Source: Epiperipatus broadwayi
Taxonomy: Eukaryota > Animalia > Onychophora
DNA length: 64,000 nucleotides
Direction: 5' to 3'
Assembly (NCBI GenBank): GCA_028023455.1
Contig: JAQFVV010000005.1
Coordinates: 7,936,001-8,000,000, forward strand
The notes under the pieces were generated by a model, which was not told the origin of the DNA, did not search any database, and saw only the letters and a program-made list of their open reading frames with translations. The position numbers and the translations under genes are program-made. Below are positions 46,101 through 60,377 of the stretch, in pieces. The first letter of the stretch is position 1. Each line of letters opens with the position of its first letter.

Positions 46101-47973
46101 AATTAGTTTTTCTAAAAAAAAAAAAAACATTAAATAAACAAATGCATATTATCTCATTAACAGAACTATTTTTCTGTGAGTGGTTTGTCCAGGTGAAGAG
46201 TTTTCATCCCGTCCAATTTTACAAAGCAATGAAAATAATAAACACATTTTTTTTAATGAAAAGTTTTTTTTATTTAGCAATTCTCATAATAATCATGTAA
46301 AGAAAATTATAGTAGAACTGAAGATTAATTCTCACTTGAATTAAACTAATAAAATTTGTATCCAAGGAAAGAAAAATGAATATTCTAACATAGATGTAAA
46401 ATTTAAATCTGTTAAAATAAATACACACATTAATTCCAAAATATAACTCAAACAACAAAATATGAGATGATAAACACACACATTATTTATTGACTACACA
46501 TATAATTAGCTAGCTTATGTATTGAGAAAAATGCACACTTTTTTTGTAGATTAGGATGATAATAACTGCAGTTGACTTATAGTATATATGAAGTTTTAAG
46601 AATCTCACCTTGCATATAGTATAATATATAATTTGGTTTTATTATTAAGTCACTAAAGATATTTAGTTCTCATTCATAATCTTAGAATTTTATTTTCCAA
46701 TAGTAATTTTTACCTTAAGAATGCACGTATATAATTTCACATTTATTTCAGAAGAGTTGTTTTTTTTCTATTAAAAAAAACATGCAGGTGTATGATAGCT
46801 TAGTATTATTATGATTATTAATTTTTTTCTTTTTAGACAATTCTTAGCAAACAAAAACATATTTTAATGTATAAAATGGCATGATTTAAAAATGCAGACG
46901 ATTTCCTTAGAATGAGCGCTAAAATGTTTCTAGTTTTTCTTTCTTTTCTTTTAATATTCCTTTTAATTATTTTTCTCCTACACCAAGAAAATATTAATAA
47001 ATAATAAGTTACTAAATAAATATTTCCCACTTGGAAATTATTTGTTTTCCTTAATTTAGACAAAATAATAAATTGCTTAATATTCTTAGCTAATTTCTTC
47101 ATTTTTCTTGGTTTTGTTAATAAAAAAAATTTCCAACTTTTAAGACATGATAATTATTTAATATAGAAAGTTTTTGAAATAGATAGATGGCATAGAAATT
47201 CAGGATCTCTTACTAAAAAATTCAGCAACACATTATGAATAGAGTTTTCCTCTGATTGTACATTTATTTCTGCAAAATTTTAAAAAAAATTGGGTTACTC
47301 AAATTTCAGCACTGTTCTCTCCTTGAAATACAGACGGCAGACAATTTCTAAAGAAAATGATTTTGAGTATGAAATTGGTCATTCCTTTAACTCTAGCGAC
47401 CTCTTCCAAGAAAAAAAATAATCACTTGGTTATGACATAAACAAAAGAAAGAAAAAACTTATTACAATCATATAGTATTCAGTATTATTTAAAATGTATT
47501 ACAAAGTAGTTTAATAATGAAAATAATAAATACATTTAAAACCAACAATAATTCTCAGTGATTTCAATTGTACATAAATTATTTTCTACAAATGAATTTA
47601 TCAGAAGTTACTGTTCCTTAGAATAAGATATCTTAAAATTATTTAATTGACATTTATGGTTTTTTCTTCTTTCTATAACCATCTAAGAATTAATTACAGT
47701 TTATTGTATTTGTTTTATCTTATCTTAATTTGCTCTAATAAACAATATTTTAATTAAATTATTGATGTTCTTTTAAAAACATGATATTGCATTAGGAATA
47801 TATTAGTTATTCACACAAACCATGTCTAGGTGATGAATAGCACACTTTATTAACCAATTATTACTATTTTCTATTTTATCTTTTTTTTTTAAATAATAGC
47901 ATTGTTTTCTTGCAGAAATAATGCTAAATAAATCCAAGTGCCAAAAGCACTGGGTTACAATATATATATATAT

Positions 47974-49684
47974 TATAACAGGGCTGAGTTCAAACCCTGT
48001 TTTAAGTCAGAGGGTAATACTACCGAGCATACACATCTAATTAAATCAAATGTAATATTAAGTAAATTGTTATTTTTCTTTTTCGTTGTGGTCTTGTATG
48101 CAGGTGCATATATATATATATATATATTTAAGTAAGTAAATAAAAAAACAGATTGAAATATAAGAGGGACGGGGGATTATACGGTTTGTGCTCTGATATT
48201 TATTTATACGCTTGTTTATATTGCTGAATGAGTGAGTAAATGTAATAATTTCGTAAAAAGAAATAAAGTTATTTTAACTTAAAAAGAAATATTCCAAGAT
48301 GGTCGATTAAAGGTAGAATGCTACAAATTATAAAAAAAATTAATTAATTGCAAAGAAAGGACATGAAAAGTTGCAGATCGCTATCTTGAGACAAAGACAT
48401 TTTAATTAATAAAATAAAATTTTAAAAATAAGAGACAATGAACGGTCAAGTGTAGATCGCAAGGTAAATTGGAAATTCCTAAGTATAGATAAAAGAAACA
48501 AAGAAAAGAAAAGTTATTGAAAAGATTTTTGTTTCACAAACCACGTGATTTAATGAAAGAAGAAAGAACAATAGTATAATTAATGAGAGTCCAGAAAGCT
48601 GAACTTAGAGGACTTCTAGAGCTGTGACTGCCATGAGCAGGATCGCAGGAAAAATTAGTAAAAAGAAAAAAGTTTATAATCTAAAAATCATGAACAGGCT
48701 GGGGTAGAAGAACAGAATGGGCCAGGCTATGCCATCCATCCTGCAAAGATATTACCATCACTGTCAATGTAGGAGTGAAGCCCTTCCTAAAGCTATGAAA
48801 AGAACAGCATTCACCGGACGCCATTGCTTGCCTCATGGAATCTCACCAAAGAAAGAAATCCTTTAATCCTACAGCGCAGCATGAAGCCAGTGGAAAATTG
48901 CTAATAATCTATACCCGGGTGAGATAATCAAGGTAAACCAAACATTTTTTGTAAATGATAGTAACTATTTTGAATGAAAGCACATCCTATTAAATAATGT
49001 GTAAAAGGGTTAAAAGTAAATGAAGAGAAAGTTGAAATAATACCCTGTATAAAGATATGCCTTAATAGACAATGCCTTATTGAAATTGTTTTCAAGTTAT
49101 GATCTGTATTTTTGTGTATTGCATTTATGAACTTATGCAAGTGTATTTTACATGTGGGTTATTTAATTATTTGGGCACAAACCAATATCCAATTATGGGG
49201 TTCTATGGGGTTTTTTATTATTTGTTTTGTATTAATAAATATTAAGTAGTATTATAAATTTAATTGTGGGTGTCCATGTTAATTTCTTAGAATAGTATTA
49301 AAAAGCAAAAAGTAGGAAAGCAAACGAATCATTCATGTGCTACATGCACATTTTTTTATATGTTCCCTCCACCACTTTCCCACAGTCAATGCCTACTACA
49401 CCTGAGTGAGCTAACCAGAGGTACAAGCTCTAATCACCAGAAATAGATACTCATCCTCTCCCAGTGTAATTCTTATTTATTTGTAGGTAAGATTGGCGCT
49501 TGAGGTTATCATTGATGCTCACAAATATTCTGGGCAAGTAATTAGAGTACATTGCAAAACCAACTACATATATATGTGTTCATATTATAATTATTATTAA
49601 ATAAAAGAGCAAAAACTTAAGTTTGAAATACGTAATAAATGTATACCACATATATACGTGTTTACGCCGGAATAAATCGTTACA
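47974..49684 (+). repeat. 5' LTR (1711 bp)
   Basis: Begins TATAACAGGG, ends cgccggaataaatcGTTACA; colinear with 52480..54171. Confidence 0.95.
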
Positions 49685-49685
49685 A

Positions 49686-49698
49686 TGGTGCACCAACG
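49686..49698 (+). promoter_or_regulatory. Primer-binding-site-like motif
   Basis: TGGTGCACCAACG 1 nt after the 5' LTR; cognate tRNA not identified. Confidence 0.65.
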
Positions 49699-50571
49699 AA
49701 GGAGCTTTCGAAGAGCAGAAAGTAGGGGAGGGGAATAAACTATAAGTTAGAAAAGACAGTTTACTATGGAGTTTTGCTTTATATGTTTTTTTTATATAAA
49801 AAAGGAAAGAAATACAGTATAAGAGCTATAAAATATAGCTTGTGTAGATGAATTATTGCTGGTAGTTTTACTTTGTCTGTATTGAAATTAATTAGGTTAA
49901 AATCGCATTCAAGTTAATATTTTAGTATATATATATGTATGTACTGAACAGTCCATGGAAATTTTGTTGTTTGATTCAAAGAGAAATAATATTATATATG
50001 CGAGTTTTATTTTCCATTTAAGAGTTTTCTTATTGTGTTAAATATTTAACTGCTTCGACATGTACAAAAGTGAATAAATAAAACTTTCATAATTTTTTAT
50101 TTGATATAATTAAGAGTGATTAATTTTGGAAAGCAGTATATTGACTACATTCTATATGAACTCGTATATATATACATCTAAACAATACATACAATTTTTT
50201 TTTGGATCCGTTTCATATATGTGTATGCGATTAGGAGATTGATATTTGTGGAACAGTTTTACCCATAAAAGGGCATATTATAAAATACTGCTAGTGCTAG
50301 AAATCTATGGATTCATTTTGAACAAGTTAATATTTTGGTTTGATAGGCAAAGTAACAAGGAAATAGTAATCATCTCAGTGAAAAATAGAAAGAAAGAGAT
50401 TAAGGAATAGGGTGAAAAGGGCTAGATAGAAAAATTAGACACAGAACACAGTACTTCAGGGATGGAGAGCAGGTCTGGTGCATCTGATATGAAATAGTAA
50501 TACAAAATTGTTGTAATTGGTCATTATTAGAAATAATGATAAATATCCAAAAAGAGAGTAAAAGAAAGCGA

Positions 50572-51660
50572 ATGATAACCAGATCAAAAAAAAATGGATC
50601 AGCAGAAGGAATAAAAGGTAAGAGAATATGATTGAAATGATTGTGGAAAGACTAGACAGGAGATTTCAGGAATTAGAGGAAAGGATTGAAAAAAGGTTTC
50701 AAGAGATAGAACGGAAATTAGAAGGGAAAGCAGATAAGTGTATAACGAAAGAGAGCGAGGAAGAGCCAGTAGAGGGAGAAATTATAGATAATGTGAGTCT
50801 AGTAAAAAGAGAGTAGAAGAAAATCAGAATGGAGTGTGAAGAGAAAGAAAAACAGGGAGATAAGGTAAAGGTAGCGGGAACAAGGGAAACTAATACAAAA
50901 TACGTAACTGTGCAGCTAACGTCAGCCAATTTTTAAAGATTCGGCCATTCAATGGTCAAATGGGTGAAGCTCCCATAGAGCACCTGCAGAGCTTGAGGAG
51001 ATACTTCAGTATAAACCCAATGGATGAAGAAAGCAAAATTGCTATAGCGTCTGCCCATTTAACTGAAAACGCACATAGCTGGTGGGAGTTGATGTTGCAA
51101 CATTCCACAACTTTCGAAGGATATCAGCAAGAAGTAAAAGGTATTTTTTGGTCTGAGGATTGTCAAGAGCTAACCAAATATCAGGTCATGCAAGAGAAAT
51201 ATAGAGAAGGGGGCCAAGAAAGCTATTCCCAATTCTTTTATCAGCAGGTGGCAAAGCTGCAGACATTAGACGTATGTAATTTAACTGAAAGTAACATTGT
51301 ACGAATCATAAGGCATAATCTGCCGATGAAAGTGGAACAAATTATGTTTGGGATGAGAAAAGCGTCGATTGAGGAAATGGCCGAGATGCTAGAGGCACTA
51401 GACATGAGGGCCTATGATTATGACAGGCCGATGGATCGAGAAGAAGAGCCTCATGGAGCACGAGTCATCAGATTTGGGGAAAGAGAATGGGGTCAGATCC
51501 GAACCCACCGGATCCCAAGAAAGAAGATAGTAGTACCCCATCAAAATGGCAGTATGATTATGAAGAGCAGAGACCGCTGAGCAAGCCAAATTATAGTCAA
51601 GAAAAGTATTCAAATTTCACAAATGACAAAGGAGGGCAAATAAACAAATCACGAAAATGG
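50572..51660 (+). pseudogene. Retrotransposon gag (coiled coil plus Ty3/Arc-like capsid), disrupted
   Basis: MITRSK start; coiled coil LDRRFQELEERIEKRFQEIERKLEGK; TAG at 50814..50816; +1 frameshift at ~50935 before KIRPFNG; capsid segment PIEHLQSLRRYF...HLTENAHSWWE...QESYSQFF (ORF 50960..51580). Confidence 0.85.
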
Positions 51661-52085
51661 ACACTGATTTTGGAAAGTTTTTTTTTTATTATTTATTTTG
51701 TTTATAGTATTATTACTAGGTGGTGGGTTAACATTTATAATATTATTATATGGGATTTTACATGAAATTAAGTAGAAAAGAAGAGTAGCATTTTTTTTTT
51801 GTTTTGTTTTGTGCAGGTAAGTGTAGAGAGTTAGTGGAGCGGTCTCGTAAATCTGTCAGTGGAGGGTGAGTTTTGCTGCTGGATCGATCACATTGTGTGT
51901 TGTGTGTGGCTGCTGCTATTTCTGACATGGTTGACCTAACGTAGGATTCAGGCGCTACAAGTCTGTTTATTCAAACCAACAAGACTCCAAAGTGAGCATG
52001 GCAATTACATACAGCCCCACCTGTAAGACTCCAGAAGTGAGCAAGGTAGAGGGCAACCCATACAGAAAAGTCCTTCTTTTAATAA

Positions 52086-52178
<93 letters not shown>
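52086..52178. repeat. (AAT)31 microsatellite
   Basis: 93 bp of perfect AAT repeats inside the LTR element's 3' internal region. Confidence 0.98.
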
Positions 52179-52468
52179 CGTTTTTTTTAAATAAAAAGTT
52201 TTTTTTTCGGGGTCGTGTGAATACAGACAGAATGGGGCTAGCTATATGTTGTGCATCACAGGCAGTGTGTGCATGAGTGGTGGTCGGATTCACTGTGTAT
52301 CGCAGGGTTGCTGATCGTTTTATTTTTTGGTAAAGTTGCAGAAGAAAAAGAGAAAGAGGCAAGGCAAGTCGATTTAAGAAGATATTATTTTTTTTTTAAT
52401 AAGTAGAATTATTTTGGGGTTTCAGGAGTGAGCCATTTAAATACTAAAACGGTATTTAAAGGCTTTCG

Positions 52469-52476
52469 AAGGGGGG
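52469..52476 (+). promoter_or_regulatory. Polypurine tract
   Basis: AAGGGGGG followed by a 3-nt spacer and the 3' LTR. Confidence 0.85.
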
Positions 52477-52479
52477 TAT

Positions 52480-54171
52480 TATAACAGGGCTGAGTTCAAA
52501 CCCTGTTCTAAGGCAGAGGCTAATACTACCGAGCATACATATCTAATTAAATCAAGTGTAATATTAAGTAAATTGTTAGTTTTCTTTTTCATTGTGTTCT
52601 TGTATGCGGATGCATATAGATATATTTAAGTAAGTAAATAAAAAACAGATTGTAAGAGAGACAGGGATTATATGGTTTGTGCTCTGATATTTACTTATAT
52701 GCATGTTTATATTGCTGCATGAGTGAGTAAATGTAATAATTTCATAAAAAGAAATAAAGTTATTTTAATTTAAAAAGAAATATTCCAAGATGGTCGATTA
52801 AAGGAAGAATGCTACAAATTATAAAAAAATTAATTAATTGCAAAGAAAGGACCCGAAAAGTTGCAAATCGCTATGTTGAGACAAAGACATTTTAATTAAT
52901 AAAATAAAATGTTAAAAGTAAGAGACAATGAATAGTCCATAGTGTAGATCACAAGCTAAATTGGAAATTCCTAAGCATAGATAAAAGAAACAAAGAAAAG
53001 AAGTTATTGAAAAGATTTTCATTTCACAAACCATGTGGTTTAATGAAAGAAGAAAAAACAATAGTATAATTAATGAGAGTCGAGAAAGCTGAACTTAGAG
53101 GACTTCTAGAGCTGTGACTGCCATGAGCAGGTCGCAGGAAAAATTAGTAAAAAGAAAAAAGTTTATAATCAAAAAATCATGAACAGGTTGGGGTAGAAGA
53201 ACAGAACAGGCCAGGCTATGCCATCCATCCTGCAGAGATACTACTGTCACTGTCAATGTAGAAGTGAAGCCCTTCCTAAAGCTATAAAAAAAACAGCATT
53301 CACCGAATGCCATTGATTGCCTCATGGAATCTTACCAAAGAAAGAAATCCTTTAATCATACAGCACAGCATGAAGCCAGTGGAAAATTGCTAATAATCTA
53401 CACCCAGGTGAGATAAACAAGGTAAACCAAGCATTTTTCGTAAATGATAGTAACTATTTTGAATGAAAGCACATCCTATTAAATAATGCGTAAAAGGGTT
53501 AAAAGTAAATGAAGAGAAAGTTGAAATAATACCCTGTATAAAGATATGCCTTAATAGACAATGCCTGATTGAAATTGTTTTCAAGCTATGATCTGTATTT
53601 TTGTGTATTGCATTTATGAAATTATGCGAGTATATTTTACATGCAGGTTATTTAATTATTCGGGCACAAACCAATATCCAATTACAAGGTTCTATGGGTT
53701 TTTTTATTATTTGTTTTGTATTAATAAATATTAAGTAGTGTTATAAATTTAATTGTGGGTGTCCGTGTTAATTTCTTAGAATAGTATTAAAAAGCAAAAA
53801 GTAGGAAAGCAAATAAATCGTTCATGCGCTACATGTGCATTTTTTATATGTTCCCTCCACCTCTTTCCCACAGTTAATGACTACTACCCCTGAGTGAGCT
53901 AGCCAGAGGTACAAGCTCTAATCACCAGAAATAGATACTCATCATCTCCCAGCATAATTTTTATTTATTCATAGGTAAGATAGGTGCTTAGGTCATCATT
54001 GATGCTCATAAATATGCTGGGTGAGTAATTAGACAACAATGCAAAACCAACTACATATATATGTGTTCATATTATAATTTTTATTAAATAAAAGAGCAAA
54101 AATTCAGGTTTGAAATACATAATAAACGTATACCACATATATACATGTTTACGCCGGAATAAACTGTTACA
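52480..54171 (+). repeat. 3' LTR (1692 bp)
   Basis: Begins TATAACAGGG, ends cgccggaataaactGTTACA then (AT)n; about 10 substitutions against the 5' LTR in the first ~140 bp. Confidence 0.95.
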
Positions 54172-55479
54172 ATATATATATATGTTAATAATTTAAACAA
54201 ATATATATATATATATGTGCTGTATACCCAGATAATGAAGCTTGAAAATATACGTTTAAAAGCAAAATTTTACTAAAATATAAAAATATTAAATTATAGA
54301 GCTTAGCACTTTCAAGAGACTACTTGCTCTCATACTCGTAGCTATTGTTGTTATAACTGCATTGTAGAAATGGAAATGTATGCAAATTGATGCAAATGAG
54401 TTATAATTGCCATTTCTGAGACAGTGCAAAGCATGCTGCTTTTCTATTGATGGACCTGGGGTCACTAGTGTACCGGTCAAAACATGTTTATCCATCTAAC
54501 ATGAGCTGGAACTCACAAAATGTACTTCAAACCCAGTCAAGCCTGAGATTTAGGTCTGGAACAAGCCTGAGTTCGAACCCATTCTCGAAGCCCCAGATCT
54601 AACACCTAATAAATAACATAATAGTGATGGCACATGAGAATTAATTTTAATCTGCCCCACTAGTAATGTGGAGAAAACAATGAGACATCTATTAACTATG
54701 ATATAAACTAAAATATATATAAGCATGGCTGTGCTTTTGGAAGTGGAGAAAAGGAATTCAAACTACTTAAATAACTTAGACAATAAAAATATAGTTTAAT
54801 ATAATGACAAATTATTATACATTATGACTTAATGGTCTACATTAGTGTGTGCAAAAATAAGCAAAGCAGTAGATGATTACATAGTGGCATTCATGCTATT
54901 ATTTCTCATATGCTCTTTTATTAGCTAAATAATATATACTATGCATAAACACACATCTTTGGTGGGTCCAATATTAAGATGTCAATCGATTATTAGAAAG
55001 AATTACATAATATTGCTATTAACGCTTTGGATTATGGTTCTGAAACGTGATGACTAACATTATTTAGGGGAGCATTCCAAGATTCATTACATATATAATA
55101 TAAACTATTTTCATGCCATTATGGTCGTGAAAATACATAAAATACATTTGAAAACATATTTGATTATATGATAAAATACTTAATGACAATTCTTTTAATT
55201 AGCACTGGTAAGAAGAAAGCTTTGTTTTCCCCAAGGCAAATAGATACTCTTAAATACAGGAAGAAGTTACAATGGTGGGATTGTATAAGAATGAAATAAA
55301 TTTAATTAATAAAACTAGAAGTAGCTGGCATTTATATATATTTTGAGCAGAGTGCAATTTTAATATTAGAGCATTAAAACTGGGTCATGAAGCAAAAGAA
55401 ATAATAATATGAACAAGTTTGCAGTGCTGACATAATGGCCAAAAATAATAGGAAAAATCCTGCTACTAGACAAAAGACG

Positions 55480-55663
55480 AAGTGGATAGGCATGCCGCAG
55501 ACATTGCCAACATGTAGGCCTTTTTGTATGAGGAAAGTGGATAGGCATAGCATGTGCCAGACATAGGGAATCATTGCCAGAGGCCCTTTTATACGAAAAA
55601 TGTGGATATGCATAGCATGTGCCAAACTTATGGGAATCACCACCAGAGGCATTTTATACGAAA
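55480..55663. repeat. Three diverged 55-65-bp tandem units
   Basis: gtggata(g/t)gcat...gcc...gg...tttt(a/g)ta(c/t)ga recurs at 55480, 55535 and 55600. Confidence 0.75.
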
Positions 55664-55895
55664 TAAATGGTCCTGGAAAGATTAACTATCCTCAGAACAA
55701 GGGTTCAGAAATAAATCTATGGGTTCAAACTTGTTGTAACCCCCAGATTAAGAAGCACATATATATAAACATGAAGATAAGGCCAAATGTCAGTAACACA
55801 GTATGGATAAATGTCTCTAACAACAATGACTAAGATTTTCTGCTTTAAAAATAAATGTGAATGCCATGATTTAGACAAATAATATGCTATGCAGT

Positions 55896-55952
<57 letters not shown>
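55896..55952. repeat. Compound (TA)n(GA)n microsatellite
   Basis: Directly visible. Confidence 0.95.
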
Positions 55953-55953
<1 letters not shown>

Positions 55954-58900
55954 TTTCCCTAATATGTTAAGATTTTATTTAGTAAAAGAAACATGAAGAT
56001 TTACCCCCTTCCCTTTTCTGCTATTTTAATAAATTCAATCCCATCTTCATGGATTTTACTGATATTGTAAGAGTAAATAAAAAACTAGCAGTTATATAGA
56101 AAACAAATAATGGTCACCTTTTCAGAATTGAATAATAACATTTATAAAATAAATAAGGTTTCAAAGCATTAATTAGTTTAAGCTCTGAATTCACCCCAGG
56201 TAGAAAATCCAGAGTTAAACAAATATACTTTTTATATTAAAACATAAATAAAATATTGACTCGTAAAACAATATGGTGAGCTTATTAATTAATAATGCTT
56301 TATGTTTTAAGAGAACGTTAATAATCTCAATTCATGAAAGTCTACTTAAAACAAGAGAAGATATTAAAAATTCAACTCATCAGATTGCTTGAGACAGGCA
56401 TATTAATAATAAAAATAATACATATAAATAAATGATCACACCAGAGTTAAAGAAAGAGCATATGAGAGAGAATTAAATTTATAGAAATTATTAGAAAAGT
56501 TACAAAATTAAATTATACATTAGGAGAAATTTATAGTAGAGTTTGAGATTAGTTAGACTAGTTTTACTTGCTGCTTGAAAATTTACCTAGCACTATTTTT
56601 AAGAGTCCATATTTTAAAGTCTGCTCATGCATGGCAATTGGTTCTTAAATAACAGCAAGATTTTATTCAGCATTCCACAATTCTCCAGTCAAGCTTTTAC
56701 TTCATTACTATGGGAGCATGATATAACAGCAGCAGAAGATGACCCTCACAGGTCAGAAAGGTGATGAGCTTTCTATGCTTACATTTCAAAACAGCTTGGA
56801 TTCAGTTAACTGTACAGTTCTCTCAATAGTAGCTAATCTATCTGTGATTTAAAATCTGCCCATTTTATACTCCTGCCCAGGTATTTGAAGAATGCTTTTA
56901 ATTACATAGTTTTAGTTTAAAAATCTAATCTCTCATCTAAAATCTTAAGTTTCCTTTGTTCATTGTTTTTGAAAGATGCAACTTTAAGATAATGTCCAAA
57001 ATAAATTCAAATATATTTCCAGATTAGAAATAGATTTGACAAAATGTTTATAACAAAAGAAAATCTTTAATCTTAATCCCATTTTAAGTAAAAACTTTAA
57101 TTAAAAATACCTTCCCCAGATTAAAACAATAGTGTTTCCAACCCTTTAATTATTTTTGGATAATAAACAGTTGCATCTTCCATATTGGATTTTATAAAAA
57201 TATACATTTTAATAGGAAAAAAAAGTACTTTAAAAAGAAAAAGTTTAAAAATGATGTATAATAAAATATTTACAAAAAATCAATATTTTGTTAGTATTTT
57301 GCTCCTATATATATATATATATATGAGCCACACCTATAATACTTTAATAAAAAAGAACTAATAATTAATAAAAAAGAATTAATAATAATTTTAAAAAATG
57401 TTATTGAAAGTTAAAATTTATAAATTTTTAGGTTCGCATCTCAGATATATACATAAAATATATATACATGACAAAAGGAGTGGGATGGGATATAGGGTTT
57501 GAATATGGGTTAGTAGATGGCACCATGAAGCTCAATCTTAAGCTAAGATTGACTGCTTCATTAGCTTTATGATATGCCTCTCTAATCTTGCATGGGATAG
57601 CATGTCTTTCAGAGCACACAATGCTGGCAGAGGTGGGTTCAAATTTATGGCTGGATGTTTTTTTGTGTTCACAGAAGACAGAATTGCTTTCATACTTGGT
57701 TTTAGTTTTATTGTAGATATATTTGTATGTAAGGGAAATCTATATTATTAAGAAAAAGAGAAAAGAAAAATAGTTAAAAAATCTAATTAATGAAAATGAA
57801 GAATTGCATCATGTTTTCCAAGAATAAATTGTTTTTATTAAAAGTAAAGGAGGTGGCGAAAGCATAAGGTAAAATAAAGATTTAAAACTCACTCTCTTCT
57901 TTTTGTACTTTAAAAACAATAAGTAAATGTTAAAAAAATAAATGAACGCAAACAATTTTAAGATAAAATTGTCAATAAAATAAATTAGTCTTGCAAACTA
58001 TCACATCAGCAGGAGTGCACCTAAATTTGGAAAGTTTCCTGGCCAATAAGATAGCAAATAAATCTAAACAAAGATTAAATAAAATGTAAAATGCAATTAA
58101 AAAATCAAATTAAAATTATGATAAAAATTAGGCAATGGGAGAGTTAAGTATGAAAGTGGTAGCTCATTAATTGTTATCCAGTAAATTATTTCTTTCTCAA
58201 AAAATCAATTCAAAATCCAGTTCGAGTTCCAGTTCATCAAGAGAATAGTCAATGACATCTGCAGAGAATATGTTAGTTACTTGTGGAAAATTGAAACATA
58301 GAGGCTGTAGAAGTAGCAACATGTGTTGCTAAAGATGGTGAGGTGTTTATCTGTGCTTCATGTTTTGGATCCTCAGCTTCATCAACTTCTCTCACCTGGA
58401 ATCAATGCCTCAAACCATAGTATAGATGCTACCACACAATCTCTCACTGTTCATCAGAAGAATGGAAATAAATCCAGAGCCAAAGGAAATGTGTCTATAT
58501 TGACAAGTTATATTTACCTAGGTTTTTATTTACGGTGAGATGACATTTTTCTGTAGTAAATAAAATGGCTAGATATTTTTAAAAGAAATAAACTATAATG
58601 AAAGAGAGTCAGTGATATTGAGTTACTAATAATTATTGTCTACTTATTTATTTATTTTTGTTTAATTTTACTATAATATTTATTTGAATACATGTGTGTA
58701 AAAATAAAATGTGTTTATTTAAATGTTGCTTATCTATACTCACTTTTAACTGTGTCACCAGAAGTTTAAGTTGAGAAATATTTTATGTATGAGTTAATTT
58801 TGCACTGAATCCCCTGATCAAGATGTTTGAGTCAGCCTGAGTATATTTCAAGTGCTGAGTTTTTATGCTCATTGGCCTGGCATGCTGGTTATATATAACC

Positions 58901-60377
58901 TATATGGCCAGGTGGTGTCTGACACTTGTTCTCAAACAAATAAAATGCTTTGGATGGTGGATTTTGTCTCAGTAGTATAGAGGGGCGCTATTGTCAGAAA
59001 ATATGGTCAGCACTGTGCATTTATGTAACCTCAATCTGGCCATAAGTATGATTGATGGTCAAGCTATCAATCATATTCCTTCCCTCTGCTTGAATGTGCA
59101 AAAAAAGGAAATAATAAAGCCAGTCATATAAAAATAATAAATAATGTATAATAAATATAATGAATATACAAATTTTTTTCATGTGTTATAGCTTCGACTG
59201 GGAAGTGAACCTGCTAACTCAGGACAACTGTTTGTAAGCAGCTGTGCTGACCTCTTGACCATCATCACTTGACATATACAAATATTTTTAGATAGTGGAT
59301 GGTTAGAAATGACCAAATGTATCCATGTTTTATTATAAGATGGAAATATTTTTAGAGTCCTTGTCAACATAATTTCTTGCTTTTTTTTTAAATATTCTAT
59401 GTTCAAAATTTAAAGAAATAAAATTTTGATGAGATTTACTGTAATATTGAATCCAAAACTTGATGTCTTTTTTATACAGAGAAAAATAATGTTGTATCAT
59501 TGCACTTTTTCCCATTATATTAAGAAGTTTTAAATAAATGGCCTAAATGTATTTACATACTTGCTTATTCTATATATATAGAAGCAATACATCTGTGATC
59601 CAGATTTATACTTCATTGTTTACCCACATTACTACCAACTCAGTAGGATTCAAACCCTTTCATTCATGCGCTTGAGTAACATAGAGAGACAGCCCACACC
59701 TCCATGTAACTTCTCAGTCTCTAATAATAATTTTAAATATGTATTTTAAATATAAACTTTATATAAGTAACTAACTCTAATCCCCACAATAATCAAGAAT
59801 CATGTATGTGCATTTTACATATATAGCGGATTCATATATACTATGTAAATATTAATGTTATATTTATTTTAATATTTTGTTTCTTTATAATATTTATTCA
59901 ATACAAAATGGTTGTAGAAGCTGATGCAATATTAAAAAAATTCTAGAAGGCAATTAGAGATTGTAAGCTTTAGTGAACAATAGAGCAATCCATTAGTAAG
60001 ATTTAACAAAATCACTCAATTAATTTTAAATTACTATATTATTAACTAATAAGTTAATTAATTTTAGTTATAAATAGTTAGTGGAAACTATATTCGAATT
60101 TGTTTCTAAAATTAGAAATAGATTCAAACAATACCGTCAAGGACTTATTAATAAATTGTATCTTCTACTATGTATAGACAAAGGTACATTTCCTGCTGAT
60201 AGAGATCACATGATGTAAGTTGGTATCCACTACCTGGGTGATTTTTTAAAAGCATTCCTAGAATATTGTAAATGAGCATAAATGAGGTTAAATTTAATAC
60301 AGATGATCAATAAGGTTATTTTCTAAGTACAGCAGCTAATCGAAATCTATGCAACTTAGAATTTCAATATTATAACA

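Larger units (their letters stand above)
47974..54171 (+). mobile_element. 6.2-kb gag-only (pol-less) Ty3/gypsy-type LTR element inserted in (TA)n
   Basis: Two ~1.7-kb direct repeats, PBS-like TGG motif after the 5' LTR, PPT before the 3' LTR, atat flanks on both sides, 2.8-kb internal region with gag only. Confidence 0.93.

Noticed and set aside
43500-47900. Short ORFs in a long AT-rich stretch (44296..44484, 46270..46479, 46833..47102)
   Set aside because: Compositionally biased chance ORFs without motifs; region treated as ordinary non-coding DNA.
51967-52362. 131-aa ORF with a long poly-Tyr tract
   Set aside because: Translation of the (AAT)31 microsatellite.
29322-59660. Many GGTT(C/T)(G/A)AA B-box-like motifs (e.g. 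~29325, 31605, 32138, 54570, 57635, 59647) and an A-box-like tagctcagtgg at ~43446
   Set aside because: No cloverleaf or correctly spaced A and B boxes could be built; not called as tRNA genes or SINEs.
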